Assembly: GCA_964016885.1 (NCBI GenBank)
Contig: OZ024752.1
Coordinates: forward strand, 44,764,001 to 44,828,000
Reading direction: 5' to 3'
Source: Eledone cirrhosa
Lineage: Eukaryota
Length of the DNA: 64,000 bases
Positions 28,806 to 43,399 of this stretch are shown piece after piece (position 1 is the first letter of the stretch; each line of letters starts with the position of its first letter). Position numbers and translations under genes: made by a program. A model generated the notes under the pieces. It saw only the letters and a list, made by a program, of their open reading frames with translations, was not told where the DNA came from and did not search any database.

Positions 28806-29261
28806 TATATATATATACACACATACATATACATATAATACATATATATATTCTTGTGTTGTATTTGTCTGGCAAGTGACTTGATCTGAATCCAAATGCT
28901 GAAACTGAATAAATTACATTATGTAAGAATTTAAAATACATGTAAACTGTTAAATTCCCTTTCCATTCATAAATTATATGCTGCTATTAAAATTTCCACA
29001 GTTTGTGAGCTTGGCACGGACACAGTTCTACTGCAAAAAATGTTGATGCCAAGAAATAAATCAAACATAAAACGAATTTAACAGTTTTTCTATATTTTTC
29101 TAATGACTAGAATGACTCTTCCATGATGTAATAAATTTCATTCTTGTTTTTGTTAGGTAATACTTCAAGTAATATATGAGACTGTCTTTAACCCTTTACC
29201 ATTTACATTACTCTATATTTACTGTTGTATTTTTTTTAGTAAAGGATTTATCTCACATAAT

Positions 29262-29448
29262 TGTTTCTACTTTTGGCACAAGACCAGCAATTACCCAGTG
29301 TATTACTGGTACTCTATTTTATCGACCCCGTAAGGATGAAAGGCAAAGTTAACCTCGGCGGGATTTGAACTCAGAATGGCAAGGGCCATAACTCTATGCG
29401 TCAAAGCATGGCGTCCGACCCTCTACCGATACTGCCAATCCACTACCC
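29262..29448 (-). mobile_element. SINE family A, full length, inserted in a TTAA MITE with a 15-bp TSD
   Basis: TSD TTTATCTCACATAAT at 29247-29261 and 29449-29463. A-box TGGCAGTATCGG, B-box GAGTTCAAATCCC. Partial or diverged copies at ~16880-17045, 24762-24922, 42958-43022, 50560-50692, 62399-62478. Confidence 0.9.
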
Positions 29449-30403
29449 TTTATCTCACATAATATCGAATCTACGAAATTTTGATGTTATTTATTTTGAG
29501 AACAATACCTTAATGTCAGTATGAGTGGCCAGTTACAGCCGGTCTGAACTGAAAGATGTGAGAGAATTCTGGCCAGATACAGCTGGTTTAAATGGCAAAG
29601 GGTTAATAATACACACTAAATCAACTGTAATGATTTAGCAGAAAATATCTATAAACAGGTTTATTTATTAAAATGTTTATAGTATCTTTACTAGTAGACA
29701 GATCATTGTGACAATTTACAATATTAGAGTAAAGTGTTTGATTTCTAACTTGATGTAGTCATAGTCTTGTTTTGTATTTTTCAATTTTGCTTTCTAACTA
29801 TCCCATGAATGTATAGTGTGTGTGTGTGTGGGGGGTGGGTGGGTGGGTGAGGGAGTGTGTGTGGGGTGGGTGGGTGGGTGAGAGAATGTGTGTGAGTGAG
29901 TGTGTGTGTTTCCTTCAGTAAAATTGTGAATAAGAGACACATATTCAGAAATATTTATGTTCACAGCTTAATACTATATCAGTGTGTGTGTATCTGGGTG
30001 CATGTGTGTGTGAGAGAGAGATTGTGTGTGTATATATGTGTGTGTGTGTGTGTGCAGCTTGAATAATATCCAAGAGAATTCTTGAACCAAAGATAAATCA
30101 CATATTTGACATTCTTCTCTTTCAAGAATATATGAATGATCTTTTATCTAGGTGGAGCACCAAGATGTGTGTGTATGTGTATGAGTGAACAATTATACTT
30201 GTGTGTATGCATATGTCAATATATATATATGTGTGTGTGTGTGAGTAATTATATTTGTATATGTGCATATGTCAATATATATATGTGTGTGTGTGTGAGT
30301 AATTATATTTGTATATGTGCATATGTCAATATATATATATGTGTGTGTGTGAGTATTAAATGTGTGTGTATTTCTGTGAGTTGAAGTTATGGAATTTTAA
30401 GTC

Positions 30404-30462
<59 letters not shown>

Positions 30463-30479
30463 TAGATATTTGTGTGTGT

Positions 30480-30510
<31 letters not shown>

Positions 30511-31214
30511 TTGCATTCTGTAGATAGACAAACCCACTTGCTGAGTGACAAATATTTCCAAAAATTTTGAATTTGATATTCAAGGAAATTCTTGGGTTTT
30601 TTTTTAAAGATTATTTTTAGGTTTTTTAAAGTAATTATTTGGAAAAATTTTGTTTTTCTGTTATTGTTGGTTAGTGAAAAGAAAAAGGCAGAGCCCATGA
30701 ACATTTTTAAGAAGCTCTAAGATTGCTTGAAGAGAGAGAGAGGAAGGTATTCTCAAAATAAACAGAGTAAGAAGGGCCAATGATTTTTAAAACCATTTTC
30801 AACAGGTTCATGACACATTGTTTAAAACATGAATGTGTGTCTGTGAAACATATACACCAGGTCTGAACACAGAGGAACCAAACTCCCACTGTCACTGCCT
30901 CCATATCTCACTACTATGAGTAAATGGGAGCCAATGAATGGCTGCCCCCCCCCCCCATCTGTGGCCCCAGTGGACAGAATAGAGAAAGCATTTCCCCAGA
31001 GGATGGTGAGTGGGAAATGGTAGGGGTGAGAGGGACAATGATTTGGTGGCAACTAGGAAAGTGGATTGGCAGAAGAAGAAGAAGAAGAAGAAAAAGAAGA
31101 AAAAGAAGGCAATTTCATACTGTAGTTGGCTTAGTAACATGTCAGTCTACTAGTAAACACAGTAACTATTTGTTTAGTTCTAAGTTAAACAGAGGCAAAG
31201 GAAGAAGAGGAAAT

Positions 31215-31349
31215 GGTGTTGACAATAGGAGGGGGAGGAGGTGTTGACAATAGGAGGGGAAGGAGGAGGTGTTGACAATAGGAGGGGGAGGAGGAGGTGT
31301 TGACAATAGGAGGGGGAGGAGGAGGTGTTGACAATAGGAGGGGGTGTCA
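31215..31349. repeat. G-rich 25-28 bp minisatellite (GGTGTTGACAATAGGAGGGGGAGGA)n
   Basis: Five units, terminated by an inverted TGTCAACA. Confidence 0.85.
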
Positions 31350-33060
31350 ACAAGTAATGACAGAAATGCCAATAATACAGTGTGTCTTAGGGTTCTGATA
31401 AACAAGAAGTACAGTGGAACCCCCTCCCCCTCCCGGTCATGGTTGACAAACTTAATTCCTTCCTGAAGACTGTCACCAGAAATATTCTCATAAACTGAAA
31501 TTACTTTCCCCTCATACGAAATATTGAGAGAGAGAGAGAGAGAGAGAGCTGGTAGATATCACCATAGTAACCAACTACACAGGAAGTGGCACTTTCCTGC
31601 TGATACTCCATGATGGTCATGATGATGATGATGGTCTTCCATCTGTCTACCGAACTGGAGAAGAGATGACACTACAAAGATTAAGTCCTTTTGAAGTACA
31701 CTAACAAGTTAATTCAGGTGGTATTGTTACCAGAAAGACTTGGAATTGGTTTAATTACTTTGACCACTTAATTAAGCCTAATTAATTAATTAATTAAACT
31801 CAACATCTCAGATAATAATATGGGTTTCATTAGATTGGTAAGAGATGACACAGTATTTAGTCTTTAATTGTTTAACCCTTTTGATAGGAAACCACCTGAA
31901 ATCACCCCTGGGTCTACAGTAAAGAGATTGTTTTAAAATGTTCATATTTATCTAAAAAAATAATAATCTTTCATAATTTTATATAAGAACCTTTGTTATG
32001 TTATGTTCCAAACATCAGCTTAACATTTCACCAAGTGGGATTGAACCTGGAAGTCTGTAGTTGCTTAACCACTCGGCCGTGCCTACATTATGTATTTTAT
32101 AACATGATACTCTTCCTGTCACTGACCCCTTCTAGTCCTCTCTTACAATACATAGAGACACAATGTACCTATTCTAAAACCAAGATAAACTTGATTTCTA
32201 GAAATGGATACTGAAGATATTGAACGCAGCACCTTTTAATGATTCATACTCCAAACTAAACACAAGCTCAAAAAACAACTTATCTCAGCTAAAAATGGTT
32301 GGTGAACTGGGACCAAGAAACCTCCTATGAGATGCAACCTACATATGTGTGAACTATAACAACAGTAATAATCAAAGAATCGTGGCTGATATTCTACAGA
32401 GAATGACTACTATGACTTCAACTGAAATGATATTATAAATATATAGGAAAAACACCTTTAAACATACATAACACATAGATCTTTAAAATATTCAGAAACA
32501 TCAAATGTGGTTAACATAGACTACTGGGAAAAATTCAACAGAATTTTCGTGTGGTCAATAAATCTGATAACGTAAAAACTGACACCAGTAGATATGATCA
32601 ATAAAATGTATTGGAAAAATTCAATGACATGAGATTGAGGGTGATCGGAGGTTAGATAGACTGTGGACCTCTGGAGAGATTATATAACACCAAATGTAAT
32701 TGATATTCCTCTGTAAGAAGCAACATATAATGCCAAATAGCAATCATCATCATCTATTATTACAATGGCCTCTGATCTCAACTCATTTAAACACAGCTCA
32801 TGCACTTAGCTTTCATTTTTCAGCATCAGTTCCTTTCACGGTATCACACCTCACAGATCTCACACCTCACATCAAAATACTCTCTCACATCTTTCATGCT
32901 AAACACTTTATTTAATCTTCTTCTCTGTAACTACAGGCAGCCGAGGAGAACTCTTCCATCTAAATATTGCTAATTTCAGTTAAAACTCATCACTGACCGC
33001 TCCACATCTCCAGTTATACCAATCATACAATAAGTTCCTATCCTGTGAAAGGTTTGACGA

Positions 33061-33330
33061 GGTGCAGGTATAACTCTGTGGTTAAAGGGTTTCACAACCA
33101 CATGGTTCTGGGTTCAGTTTTGCTGTGCAGCACCTTGGGTAACTCTCTTCTAACTATAGCTTTGGGTTGGCAAACACCTTGTATGAAATATGGTAGACAC
33201 AAACTATACAAGCTTGTCACGTGTGTGTGGTCCCCCCCCCCCCCCGTGTCCATGTCTATGTTTATGTCTTGTAACTTAGCGGCTTGACAAAAAAATTGAT
33301 AAAATATACACCAGACTTTGAAAAATACAG
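33061..33330 (+). mobile_element. Diverged SINE (CAACCACATGGTTCTGGGTTCAGT family)
   Basis: tRNA-like head followed by GCACCTTGGG...CTATAGC. Related fragments at ~6153-6210, 34440-34560 and 39015-39130 (-). Confidence 0.6.
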
Positions 33331-35746
33331 AGAACTGTTCTACCTGTTCTAAACGAGGTACATATATTAACTCTAATATACCTGAGAACTGTTCTACCTG
33401 TTCTAAACGAGGTACATATATTAACTGAGAAGAAAATCTATGATTAATAACTGTGTAATTCTTCTCTCTGCGAACCATAATTATAATTTTAAAATTAAAG
33501 AAATTACTATTAACAAAATATACATTTATATTTTTATCGTGGTTCTAAACCAAATTTCAAGATAACTTTAAAACAGCAAATAAATTAACAGAAAATTAAC
33601 AAAAATCAATAATACAAAAAAAAAACAATAGAACTGCATCAATATAGGTGATTAAATCCCAAATAGTTTGTTGAACAATATCATTATAATCATCTCGGTC
33701 ATAATCTATTGATCACATTAGTGAAATGTTGCATGTATAATCCAATAAGAAGGACAATTGGACAATTGTGAGAGATTAAATGAAGTTTTAATGATGTTTG
33801 AGTGAAGTTTGATGGAATGGAATAAACTTATTCTTAACTGCTTGAAAGCCTTTTAATGTTAATCTGCTGAGGGAAAGATTAATTTTTGTTTTTATTGTTG
33901 TTGCTTTTGTTATGTTTAACTTTTAATATCTTTTGGTTTTGTTTTTAAGACCGAAAGTAACATCAAAGATTGTATTGGAATGAAATAAAAGTAACCCAAT
34001 GAAAAATATTGATTTATTATTCGATGGGTGAAGATATGGTATAACATAGCAAGCAACTAAATTAACCCTATTATACATAATTGGTACTTTATTCTGTCAA
34101 TCTTGGAAGGAAAGAAAAGTAAGATTGAAATCAGGATCAAGAAAGATTAAACAGATCCTTTGCTTTTAATCCCACTGTCTGGTACCTTAAACAGATCTTT
34201 TGCTTCCAATCCCACTTTACATTACTCTATATATACTATTGTATTTTCATGGTAAAGACTTTATCTTACATAATTATCTCACATAATATCGAATCTATGA
34301 AATTTTGATATTATCTATTTTGAGAACACTACCTCAACATCAGTATGAGTAGCCAGTTACAGCCAGTTTGAACAGAAAGAGGTGAGAAAATTCTGGCTAG
34401 ATAGAGCTGGTTTAAATGCTAAAGGGTTAAACAGATGTTTTTGCTTTCAATCCCACTGTGTGCTAAAGGTTAAGCAAGTGTCTTCAACTAAAGCCATGGA
34501 TTGACCAATAACTTGTCAGTGAAATTTAGTAGATGAAAACTATACAGAAGCCCTATCATATGTATGTGTTGTGGAAATATCAAGTTGACTTGGCAAACAC
34601 TACCACAACAACTGTTGGGGTAATAACAACAGTTATGGGAGGTGGGGGTGATAACAGTTATGGGGGGAGGGAGGGAGGGTGAGACAAGAACCAGAAAAAG
34701 AAGGGAGTAATGGAAGAATAAAGTAAAAGAATGAAAAGAGAAAGATTTGAGAAGGAAGAAGTGAAGAATGAAAGAAAGAAGGGAAGAAAGAATAATGATG
34801 AGAGAGAGAGCGAGAAAAAAAAGAGAGAGAGAGAGAAAGAGAGAGATATGGAGAAAGAAAGAAAGAAGAAAGCAACAAAGGATGAATAACCGAAGGGATG
34901 CAAATAGAAAAAAAAGAAAAGGAGACCCCCCATCCCCCTAAAAACGGCAAAGAATCCTAACAAAATTGAAAAGGTGGCAAAAGATTGATTCTTGATGAAT
35001 TTTCAAAATATTCCTTTTACTAAAGTAAAAAAAAGGAGAAATGGAAAGAAAAAGAGAGAAAGTCGGAGCAAAAGAGAAGTTATTTCTCCAATAATGGTGG
35101 AACATGAAAGAATATAACAACTAATTCTGATAGTATTATTATAGAACAGACATTAGATGATGGTGATGGTGGTGGTGGTGATGGTAGTGATGATGGTGGT
35201 GATGGTGATGATGGTGGTGATGGTGATGATGGTGGTGATGATGGTGATGGTGGTGGTGGTAGTGATGGTGGTGGTAGTGATGATGGTGATGGTGGTGGTG
35301 ACGGTGGTGGTGGTGGTGGTGGTAGTGATGGTGGTGGTGATGGTGGTGGTGGTGACGGTGATGATGATAGTAGTGATGGTGGTGATGGTGATGGTGATAA
35401 GATGAAAAGACTATAGAATAAATAAATAGATCTTATTAGATGAGGAAGATGAAGGGACATATTAAGAAAAACAACTAAAATGATAAAAAGACGACTTTTA
35501 ATAATTACCAGAAGACTGAATAATATTCCTGATTATTGGAGAGAAATGTCGACAGTGACAGACAGATATATAGACATGCACATATATATATATACACACA
35601 GACACACACACACATATATATATATATAGACAACAATTTAACACAGATATATACACATATACACACACACAGACATATATATATACACACAGACATATAT
35701 ATATATATATAGACAATTTAACAGATATGTATATATATATATATAT

Positions 35747-35782
<36 letters not shown>

Positions 35783-35802
35783 ACACACACATATATATAC
35801 AC

Positions 35803-35833
<31 letters not shown>

Positions 35834-35862
35834 GACATATATATACACACATATACAAACAC

Positions 35863-35924
<62 letters not shown>

Positions 35925-36076
35925 AAGCTTTAAACAGCATGACTATCATGTATATATACACATATATACACACACAGAGATACAGACATATATGAAAACA
36001 CTTAGTCACTGATACATAGAAAAATGATTTTTTTAAAGTCAGAAAATCATAGAAGTTATAAATGGTTCTTGATACT

Positions 36077-36296
36077 ACATGTGACCATGTCACATGATAC
36101 ATGTGACCATGTCACATGATACATGTGACCATGTCACATGATACATGTGACCATGTCACATGATACATGTGACCATGTCACATGATACATGTGACCATGT
36201 CACATGATACATGTGACCATGTCACATGATACATGTGACCATGTCACATGATACATGTGACCATGTCACATGATACATGTGACCATGTCACATGGT
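36077..36296. repeat. 10 x 22-bp palindromic tandem repeat (ACATGTGAC-CAT-GTCACATG-AT)
   Basis: Exact 22-bp period; only the last unit differs. Each unit is CATGTGAC/GTCACATG inverted. Confidence 0.97.
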
Positions 36297-36329
36297 ATAG
36301 AAGACCATGTGCAACCCAAGCCAACATGA

Positions 36330-36577
36330 AATGAAAAATGAAATGAAATGAAATTTACAGCTGACACCTCTTCAGGTTTGACTGGCCTCTGATGAGATTG
36401 TACTTCATAGGATGTTTCTTGTGTGTTTCTGTGATAGGGGCCACCAGTCCTATCATGGAGAGCAACATGGAATGACGTGTCTTGCTCAAGTATACAACAC
36501 ACTGCCTGATTCAGAAATCGAACCCACAAACTTATAATCACGTGTCCAACACACTAACCACTGGGCTACATGCCTTC
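36330..36577 (-). mobile_element. Diverged tRNA-derived SINE
   Basis: Minus strand reads AGGCATGTAGCCCAGTGGTTAG...GGGTTCGATTTC...CTTGAGCAAGACAC...ATGATAGGACTGG. Confidence 0.65.
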
Positions 36578-36744
36578 AAAAGTCAGCATGGAAGCTGAAG
36601 TATGATGATGATGATGATGATGATGATGATAGCAATTTTCAAATAATTATAGAAACTGTATAGATTTTTTTTCAAATTCCAGTCACCTTAATTAATTATC
36701 TCAGATTATCAAAGTTAATTTTCATTTCATGTTTTTATTTTATG

Positions 36745-38519
36745 ATACTAGTTCCAGGTCTCCATACCAATCACAATACTAGTTCCAGATCTCCATACCA
36801 ATCACAATACTAGTTCCAGATCTCCATACCAATCACAATACTAGTTCCAGATCTCCATACCTATATCGCAATACTAGTTCCAGGTCTCCATACCAATCAC
36901 AATACTAGTTCCAGATCTCCATACCTATATCGCAATACTAATTCCAGATCTCCATACCAATCACAATACTAGTTCCAGATCTCCATACCTATATCGCAAT
37001 ACTAGTTCCAGGTCTCCATACCAATCACAATACTAGTTCCAGATCTCCATACCTATATCGCAATACTAGTTCCAGGTCTCCATACCAATCACAATACTAG
37101 TTCCAGATCTCCATACCAATCACAATACTAGTTCCAGATCTCCATACCAATCACAATACTAGTTCCAAGTCTACCAATCACAATACTAGTTCCAGATCTC
37201 CATACCAACCACAATACTAGTTCCAGGTCTCCATACCAATCACAATACTAGTTCCAGATCTACCAATCACAATACTAGTTCCAGATCTCCATACCAATCA
37301 CAATACTAGTTCCAGATCTACCAATCACAATACTAGTTCCAGATCTCCATACCAACCACAATACTAGTTCCAGGTCTCCATACCAATCACAATACTAGTT
37401 CCAGATCTACCAATCACAATACTAGTTCCAGATCTCCATACCAATCACAATACTAGTTCCAGATCTACCAATCACAATACTAGTTCCAGATCTCCATACC
37501 AACCACAATACTAGTTCCAGGTCTCCATACCAATCACAATACTAGTTCCAGGTCTACCAATCACAATACTAGTTCCAGATCTCCATACCAATCACAATAC
37601 TAGTTCCAGATCTCCATACCAACCACAATACTAGTTCCAGGTCTCCATACCAATCACAATACTAGTTCCAGATCTCCATACCAATCACAATACTAGTTCC
37701 AGATCTCCATACCAACCACAATACTAGTTCCAGGTCTCCATACCAATCACAATACTAGTTCCAGGTCTACCAATCACAATACTAGTTCCAGGTCTCCATA
37801 CCAACCACAATACTAGTTCCAGATCTCCATACCAACCACAATACTAGTTCCAGGTCTCCATACCAACCACAATACTAGTTCCAGGTCTCCATACCAACCA
37901 CAATACTAGTTCCAGGTCTCCATACCAACCACAATACTAGTTCCAGGTCTCCATACCAATCACAATACTAGTTCCAGATCTCCATACCAACCACAATACT
38001 AGTTCCAGGTCTCCATACCAATCACAATACTAGTTCCAGGTCTACCAATCACAATACTAGTTCCAGATCTCCATACCAATCACAATACTAGTTCCAGATC
38101 TCCATACCAATCACAATACTAGTTCCAGGTCTCCATACCAACCACAATACTAGTTCCAGGTCTCCATACCAATCACAATACTAGTTCCAGGTCTCCATAC
38201 CAACCACAATACTAGTTCCAGGTCTCCATACCAACCACAATACTAGTTCCAGGTCTCCATACCAACCACAATACTAGTTCCAGGTCTCCATACCAATCAC
38301 AATACTAGTTCCAGATCTCCATACCAACCACAATACTAGTTCCAGGTCTCCATACCAACCACAATACTAGTTCCAGGTCTCCATACCAACCACAATACTA
38401 GTTCCAGGTCTCCATACCAACCACAATTCTAGTTCCAGGTCTCCATACCAACCACAATACTAGTTCCAGGTCTCCATACCAACCACAATACTAGTTCCAG
38501 GTCTCCATACCAATCAATA
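36745..38519. repeat. 31-bp minisatellite (AATACTAGTTCCAG(A/G)TCTCCATACCAA(T/C)CAC)n, about 1.8 kb
   Basis: 31-bp period with 27-bp and 33-bp variants; no unique spacers. Confidence 0.97.
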
Positions 38520-39276
38520 TTCTTTTCCTGACTTTTAACTGTTTTTGATTTCAGTTTTGGTTTTACAACAAAATTTATTTATTTATTTTGATTTATTTAT
38601 TATTTATTTTTTACATAAAATAAAACAAAACCCAAAAAAGCCAAACAAACCAAAGTTCTGTGTTTTATGGAATTCCTGGCATGTTTTGTAATAAATTAAA
38701 TTTCACCTCACAATGCCAGATTCTTACAGCAACTTGTCACTGTTAGCTGCAGCAACTTCTTCAACACATAATGGAGGCAACATACACACATCATCACCAC
38801 TATTACCATCATCATCATCACTATGACCATCATCACCATCATCACCACTATCGTTATCATCATCATCACCACCATCACCACTAACATCATCATCACCACC
38901 AATGGAATGTATAAGACACAGGTCAGTGACCTGGCCGGTATCCGACCATCCAAACCCACCCAACCGCGATAAACAGGTGTAAAATGAGGATGAAAGGATG
39001 AGCTTCCAGTCCAGGTTTCATCTACCTAATTCACCTACAAGGTGTTGGTCAAACAGAGAAGACACTTGCCCAAGGTGTCCCATGGTGGGATCAAACTCAA
39101 AAACCATCTTAACCTGCCAGCCATGCCCACCACACCGGACATATGTATAGAAATAATACAAACAACAAAACTGACATTTATTATTCCTTCCACACAAAAC
39201 TAGAAACATGTGATTGGTTTAGAAATCAAATAACAGATCAATCAAATAAACACTTTGATTTCGATTGATAATAAAG

Positions 39277-39325
<49 letters not shown>

Positions 39326-40184
39326 GACATTAATAAACCATACATTTTAAAATATAAACAAATAAAATCAAAAAGAAGTTATCACCAACCACCATCATCA
39401 CCACCACCGCCACCACCAACCACACCATCATCACTACTACTACCACCACCGCCACCACCACCACCACCACCACCAACCACCGCCATCACCACACCACCAC
39501 CGCCGCAACCAACCACACCATCATCACCACCACTATCACTACTATTACCACCACCACTACCGCTACCACCACCACCACACCATCATCACCACCAACCACA
39601 CCACCACTATCACTACTATTACCACCACCAACCACCACACCATCATCACCACCACCAACCACACCATCACTACTACCACCACCACCACCACCCACCACAC
39701 CATCTCACACCTGTTTCCATGCTGGCATGGGTTAGACCAGTTGTGTTTTATGTATTTTTCCTCTGCCATGTTTTGTGAAATACTCAATTTACAAATTCAC
39801 TAAAACTAAATAGTTTTTTTGTTTTGTTTTGTTTTGTTTAGTATTTCTTGTATAAACTACATCAGCTTTTCAATTTTGACACAATGCCATGAAATCAATC
39901 AAACGTTTCATCAATATTTACTTATCATGAACAACTCTGTACTGTCGTTCAATGCCACTTTTATTACCCCCTCCCCACTGTTTATTAAAGTCACTCCCAA
40001 ACACTCCTCAAACCCACACACGTTTCCTCCTCCTTGTTATTACACTGGTCCTTGTTTTGAGGAGTTGGGTCCCATGTTACCTCTACTTTAGCCTCAGGTC
40101 CATAGATGTGCTGTTTCCTCCCTCTACCTCTCTTCCTGCTATACGGGCACAGGCCGTAGATGAAATACGCCCACACCAACCTCA

Positions 40185-40487
40185 CACTGTAAAGTGGTTG
40201 TGTAGGTGTCACGACAATAAGTATCCAGTCCTCACTGTAAAGTGGTTGTGTAGGTGTCACGACAATAAGTATCCAGTCCTCACTGTAAAGTGGTTGTGTA
40301 GGTGACACTCCAAAAGGCACCCAGTCCTCACTGTAAAGTGGTTGTGTAGGTGACACTCCAAAAGGCACCCAGTCTACACTGTAAAGTGGTTGTGTAAGTG
40401 ACATCCAAAAGGCACCGAGTCCTCACTGTAAAGTGGTTGTGTAGGTGACACTCCAAAAGGCACCCAGTCCACACTGTAAAGTGGTTG
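40185..40487. repeat. 48-bp tandem repeat inside a SINE-B-related element
   Basis: CACTGTAAAGTGGTTG recurs at 40185, 40233, 40281, 40329, 40377, 40424 and 40472. The same unit occurs about three times at 55684-55830. Confidence 0.9.
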
Positions 40488-40801
40488 GTATTAGGAAGGA
40501 CATCCAGCTGTAAAAACCAAGCCCAAACCAGTTCTGTATGAGCAAGACATGGTCACCTGACCTAGCATTGCCCACAACAGGACAACTCGTCTTACCCATG
40601 CTAGTGTGGAAAAATGGACATAAAACGGTGATGATGATGATGATATACACACACACCTGTGTGTATAATCCAGAGATGTAGAATTGCCATTCTCTCTAAA
40701 CCAGTAAACAACAGTAAGTGCTTACCTAAAGACTTTACCTTTGGCAACAACAACAACAAAAAGCAACACACACATATCATCATCATCATCATGGCTGAGA
40801 C

Positions 40802-40832
<31 letters not shown>

Positions 40833-40835
40833 CAT

Positions 40836-40866
<31 letters not shown>

Positions 40867-43399
40867 AAATCAATGACAATGATTTTATAGCTTTATTGAT
40901 TTCTTACTCTCTCTCTCTCTCTCTCTCTATCCTCATCTTTATCTCTCTATACATTTCTGTCTTTCCATCACACAGAGACAGACACACAGACAGAGAGAGA
41001 CACACACACAGAGACACACAGACACAGAGACACACAAACACAGACACAGAGACAGAGACACAGAGACACACACACACACACACACACAGAGACAGAGACA
41101 CACACACAGAAACACAGAGACACACACACACAGAGACAGAGACACACAAACAGAGACAGAGACACAGAGACACACACACAGAAACAGAGACACAGACACA
41201 CACACACAGAGACAGAGACACACACACACACACAGAGAGACAGAGACACAGACACAGAGACAGAGACACAGACACACAGACACACAGACAGAGACACACA
41301 CACACACACACACAGAGAGACAGAGACACAGACACAGAGACACACACACAGAGACTGAGACACAGACACACAGAGACAGCGACACACACACACACACACA
41401 CAGAGACAGAGGGTTGAAATAAGAAAATCTATTGTAACCAAGATAACAAAAGTCATCAAACCTTTCACTCCTACACCAGTGTGTATGTGTGTATGTGTGT
41501 ATGTATGTGGTTACATGTGTGTATGTCTGTGTGTGTGTATAAATGTATATATGTATGTGGTTACATGTGTGTATGTGTGTATGTCTGTGTGTGTATATAA
41601 ATGTATATATGTATGTGGTTACATGTGTCTATGTGTGTGTGTGTGTAGCTATGTATGCATATGTGTATGTATATATGTATCTGTACACACACACACACTC
41701 ATATATATATATATAGACATATATATATATATATAACCCATGCTAGTGTGGAAAATGGACGTTAAACGAAGATGCTGATGATGATGATGATGCTGAAATG
41801 TGAAGATGTTCTAGAAAAGCCCAGCCCTTCCCTCACAGGTGACATGATGTGGTTTTATAACGAGGACAAAGAAGGACCCACTTTGTTCACTCTGCTGGAC
41901 ATCTGAAGAACTGGCAGTGCACCAATGCTGTAGTGCACCACTGCTGTAGTGCACTAATGCTGTAGTGCACTAATGCTGTAGTGCACTAATGCAGCACTTT
42001 GAGACAGCGGATGGATGATGATGGTGGTGGTGATCATGTTGAAAATAAAATATAATTTACGGCTCACCCCCCCCCCCTCTATTTAGGTGGCAACACACAG
42101 GTTTCTAAGGGCCCCAGTAATGTGTCATCTGGTCAAGTTATATTACTTTAACCTTTTAGCATTTAGACCAGCCGTATCTGGCCAGAATTCTCTCACCTCT
42201 TTCTGTTCAAACCAGTCATAACTGGCTGCTCATTCTTATGTTAAGGTATTGTTCTCAAAATAAATAATAGCAAAATCTCAGATTCGATATTATGTGAGGT
42301 AGAGCCTTTACTCTGGAAATACAATAGTATATATAGAGTAATGTAAATGCTAAAGGGTTAAATGGGAGGTAGGGTCATGTCCCACATATGTCCAATTGGT
42401 ATATGTGAGGGTTTCTACAGCTAGATACCCTTCCAAATGCCAACCACTTTACCGAGTACATTGGATGTATTTTATCTTCGTGACATTAGCATAAGGAAAG
42501 TTGTATCCTTGATACAACTGAAGAAGCTTCTCTTCATGTTTTCTATGGCTGGATGTCTTCCCTAATACAAACCAATTAACAGTGTAATTGGGTGCAGTTT
42601 CATCTCAACACTAGTACTAGAGAGGTTGTCATGTCGACATGTCTAAAAAGTCCGCACATTCATAGAAAAAAGGAACAACATTCGGAAAGAAAAATCAATC
42701 AACTTGAGAATTCCAATCAAAAGGATGTTGAAAAATATTTCACTTTTCTTTGATAAACATATTTTTATGTAAAGAAGATAAAACATTTAACCATACAGGA
42801 AAATTTAATCTTGTAATATTATTTCTTTTAAACTCTGTTGATACCAAACTACCTATAACCCTGCCCCACACCTGGTTCTAGGAGACAATACTTTATGTTA
42901 TAATATTTATATTTATCTGAAAATGTTCCATCATAATCATTCTTATGTGCTATATTGATGATAAAATAAAGTACCAGTAATGTACTGGGTTAATTGTTGG
43001 TCTTGTGCCAAAAGTAGAAACAATTATTAATATAATAATGAAAATTTTCAAAGTAAAAAAAAAAAAAAAATTAATCTCTTCTTTGACAAACACATTGTTA
43101 TATGGAAAAACAAAATAACAGATCTAGACAGACATCATTTTTTAATCTTTTAATATCCTAAGTTTTTAACAGAATGTAAAATATCTTAGTCACCTTTGTG
43201 CACTGACTGCTTTCAAAGAAATTCCATTGAAAAGAAATCAATAGGTTCTGAGAAATAATAAATAAAATGAAAGTCATAACATATTCTAGTTAAGGTGTTG
43301 GAATATTTAACCAGAAGGTCATAGGTTCAATCTTTACACAAACTTATTCTATCCTTATATATTTTCCTTTAACTGCTATTTGGAACATAACTTAAAGGT

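Noticed and set aside
33329-33425. 54-bp-period direct duplication
   Set aside because: Simple two-copy local duplication, as at 45390-45450 and 41917-41991; no further structure.
36385-36420. CTGATGA hammerhead-like box
   Set aside because: No downstream GAAA or helices; lies within a SINE tail.
36745-38519. CRISPR-like array (about 31-bp repeats)
   Set aside because: Units abut with no unique spacers, there are no cas genes, and the context is eukaryotic.
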